In this document: piece after piece, positions 61,896-64,000 of the stretch
Layout: each line of letters begins with the position of its first letter
How positions within the stretch are numbered: the stretch's first letter is position 1
Source: Cyanophora paradoxa CCMP329
Taxonomy: Eukaryota > Plantae > Glaucophyta
Length of the DNA: 64,000 bases
Direction of reading: 5' to 3'
Assembly (NCBI GenBank): GCA_004431415.1
Contig: QPMI01000271.1
Location: 1 to 64,000 of the forward strand
Made by a program: the position numbers and the translations under genes
The notes under the pieces: generated by a model
What the model was told of the DNA's origin: nothing
Database searches by the model: none
Seen by the model: the letters and a program-made list of their open reading frames with translations, nothing else

Positions 61896-63114
61896 ATGTC
61901 GTCAGCATACAGAAAGCCGTTTTTGGTCCCAGACGGGTTCCAGCAGCTGCTCAAAGATTTCGCCCGTGAAGTCATCAGGCACCAGCCCGACAACATATAC
62001 GGTTTCGGCGCAAAGTACTTCGATGGTGCCAGGCCCCGTCGCGCCATCGCCTGGCCGCGGCCTCACGGCCGCGCCGCAGACCTCATCGAGCAGCGGCGGA
62101 GGCAGGCGGTCGCAGGTGATGCGCCGCCGCAGTATTCACAGACGGTGGACGTGCGGAACATGTCCCAGGAGGAATTGGAGCAGTTCTTCATGCAGCTATT
62201 CAGGGAAGCCGATGTCGATGGGAACGGCGTGCTCGACGCAAAGGAGTTCAAGCAGGTTCGTAGCTATAGCTGCGTTTGGCTGTCCTCAGCTCCACCGCAC
62301 CGCCTTGGGGTCTAGCTGTGGCGCGATATCTTCGCGCCCCCATCCCTGACCGGCCGGCGGCGCAGATCATGAAGACGGCGGATCTGGGGCTCAGTAACAA
62401 GCAGATCCTGGAGATCATGGTAGAAGCGGACGAGAACGACGACGGGAAGATCGACTACCAGGAGTTCGTCCCCGTGGCCGTGCAGGTAGTCTCGGCCATG
62501 TACGCCAAAGCGGAGGCGATGATGGTGCGCCGCCCCGCACGCGCCCCATCTGCCCCGCGCCGGCGGCAGGCGAGCGAGCGGCGCGGCGCAGGAACAAGCG
62601 AACAGGCAGCAGGCGGCGACGGCGGCGGCGGAGGATGTGTTGCTGCACGGGATGACCCGCGAGGAGGTGGAGAACATGCTCGAGACGCTCTTCCGGGCGG
62701 CGGACAGCGACGGCAGCGGCAAGCTCTCGCGGAGGGAGTTCCGGGAGTGCCTGAAGCACACCGACCTGGGCCTCACGCGCAAGGAGATCAACGGTTCGGG
62801 GGGCTGCTGCGGGGGCGGGTGCGGGGGCGGGGGCCGACGGGCGGGCAGCGATCATGGTGGAGGTGGACGTGGACCACGACGGGCTCGTCTCCTACGAGGA
62901 GTTCCGGCCCCTCTGCTTCTCCATCCTCGTCGAGCGGCCCGCCCCGCCCCCGCCCCGACCCCGCCCCCGCCCGCCCCCGCCGAGGCCCCCGCAGCTTCAA
63001 GACGCAGGTGCTCGAGATGCAGCAGAGCGGCACCGAGCTCGACGAGTTCCTCCTCGAGACCTTCGCCGCCGGCGACCCCGAGGGGACGTGCGTGCCCGCC
63101 CCCGCCCCCTCCCC

Positions 63115-63161
<47 letters not shown>

Positions 63162-63909
63162 GCTCCGGCCGACGCCACGGTGGCAGGGGCTTCCTGAGCT
63201 ACGCGGAAGTGCGGGACCTGCTGCGGGGGGCGGACCTCGGCCTCACCAGGATGCAAATCTACTCCATCATGTCCGCCGCAGAGCAGGTGCCCCCGCCCGC
63301 CCGCCCCGGCCCGGTGGCGCGGCGGCGCGCGTGCGACGGTCGGGGGCGGGGGGCAGGACGCGGACGGGCTGATCAACTACCGGGTGTTCGTGCCGACGGC
63401 GGCGTCGATGATCTCGAAGATGCTCGCGATCTCGCACGCCGGCCACCGCGCCGTCGCCATCGCCAACCTCGCCGCCCTCGAGGACGCCGAGCTCATGCGC
63501 GGCGTCCGCCCCGCCCCGCCCCGCCCCGACCCCGCTGCCTCCGACGCTGCCGGGGCAGATCGACCAGGGGACCTTCGAGAACGCCCTCATGGCCGAGTTC
63601 GCTGCCTCCGACCCCGACGGCTCCGGGTCCGCCCCATCCGCCCCCCGCGCCCGCCCGCCGCCCGCCGCCGGCGCTGAAGCGAGGGCCGGCAGGACGGTGA
63701 CGCGGGGGGAGTTCAAGGGGGCGCTGGAGAGCGGGGCGGTGCAGCTCTCGGGGAAGGAGGTGAACACGCTGCTGTCGGCGGTGGACGTGGACGCGGCGGG
63801 GCGCATCAACTACACCGAGTTCGTCTCCTACGCCTACGGCATCCTCGTCCACATGGCCCGCGAGGCCCGCCTCGAGGAGCGCATCGCCCAGGAGGCCGCC
63901 ATGCAATGA
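61896..63909 (+). CDS. RIIa dimerisation/docking domain plus multiple EF-hands (radial spoke protein 7-like)
   Basis: VPDGFQQLLKDFAREVIRHQPDNIYGFGAKYF (RIIa D/D domain). EF loops DVDGNGVLDAKE, DENDDGKIDYQE, DSDGSGKLSRRE, DVDHDGLVSYEE, DADGLINY, DPDGSG, DVDAAGRINYTE. TGA at 63907-63909. Confidence 0.8.
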
Positions 63910-64000
63910 CCCCCCGCCCCCGCCCGCCCCTTCCCCGCCGCCCCCGCGGCGCCACGCCCTCAGACCCGCCCTCACCGTCCCCTCTCGCCGTTATGCTCTT

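Noticed and set aside
63117-63159. Very long C or G homopolymers (also about 11534, 30763, 32905, 39681-39766)
   Set aside because: They are intronic extremes of the C/G skew, and their lengths are unreliable in long-read assemblies. No independent function is supported.

Overview
This is gene-dense, very GC-rich eukaryotic nuclear DNA with many short (~45-100 nt) introns, so the long ORFs in the six-frame track are mostly exon/intron mosaics. Three nuclear genes have Ser/Ala-rich N-terminal extensions with a Phe at residue 2-5 (hemB MASAF, radA MSF, era MF), and there is a radial-spoke-like gene. Together these suggest a flagellated alga with a primary plastid, most like a glaucophyte such as Cyanophora (inference only). 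About 21 spliced protein genes can be reconstructed: a STAND/adenylate-cyclase-type NTPase, DDX11, OSTC, SEC31, HIP/ST13, bS21, hemB, DLST, SF1, HPPK-DHPS, cyclophilin, XPO1, RadA, two EF-hand proteins, ALKBH1, Era, site-2 protease, an AROS-like protein, METTL6-like and RSP7-like. Most sit head-to-head across gaps of only 80-173 bp. Intergenic islands at 19-20 kb and 41-48.4 kb hold six non-autonomous DNA transposons defined by terminal inverted repeats (TIRs) and target-site duplications (TSDs), two of them nested. Best leads: (1) three tandem copies of an H/ACA snoRNA in one XPO1 intron, with a predictable LSU rRNA target and only structure-preserving differences between copies; (2) a GGGGTA[C/G] motif just upstream of most start codons, also carried in several copies by the MITEs; (3) a C-rich/G-rich skew wave written into synonymous codons and introns; (4) very frequent GC-AG introns; (5) intergenic DNA built from palindromes and a few exact 11-mers; (6) an identical, in-frame 63-bp segment shared by the RadA transit peptide and the next gene. 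All exon structures were inferred by eye, and gene spans include introns.
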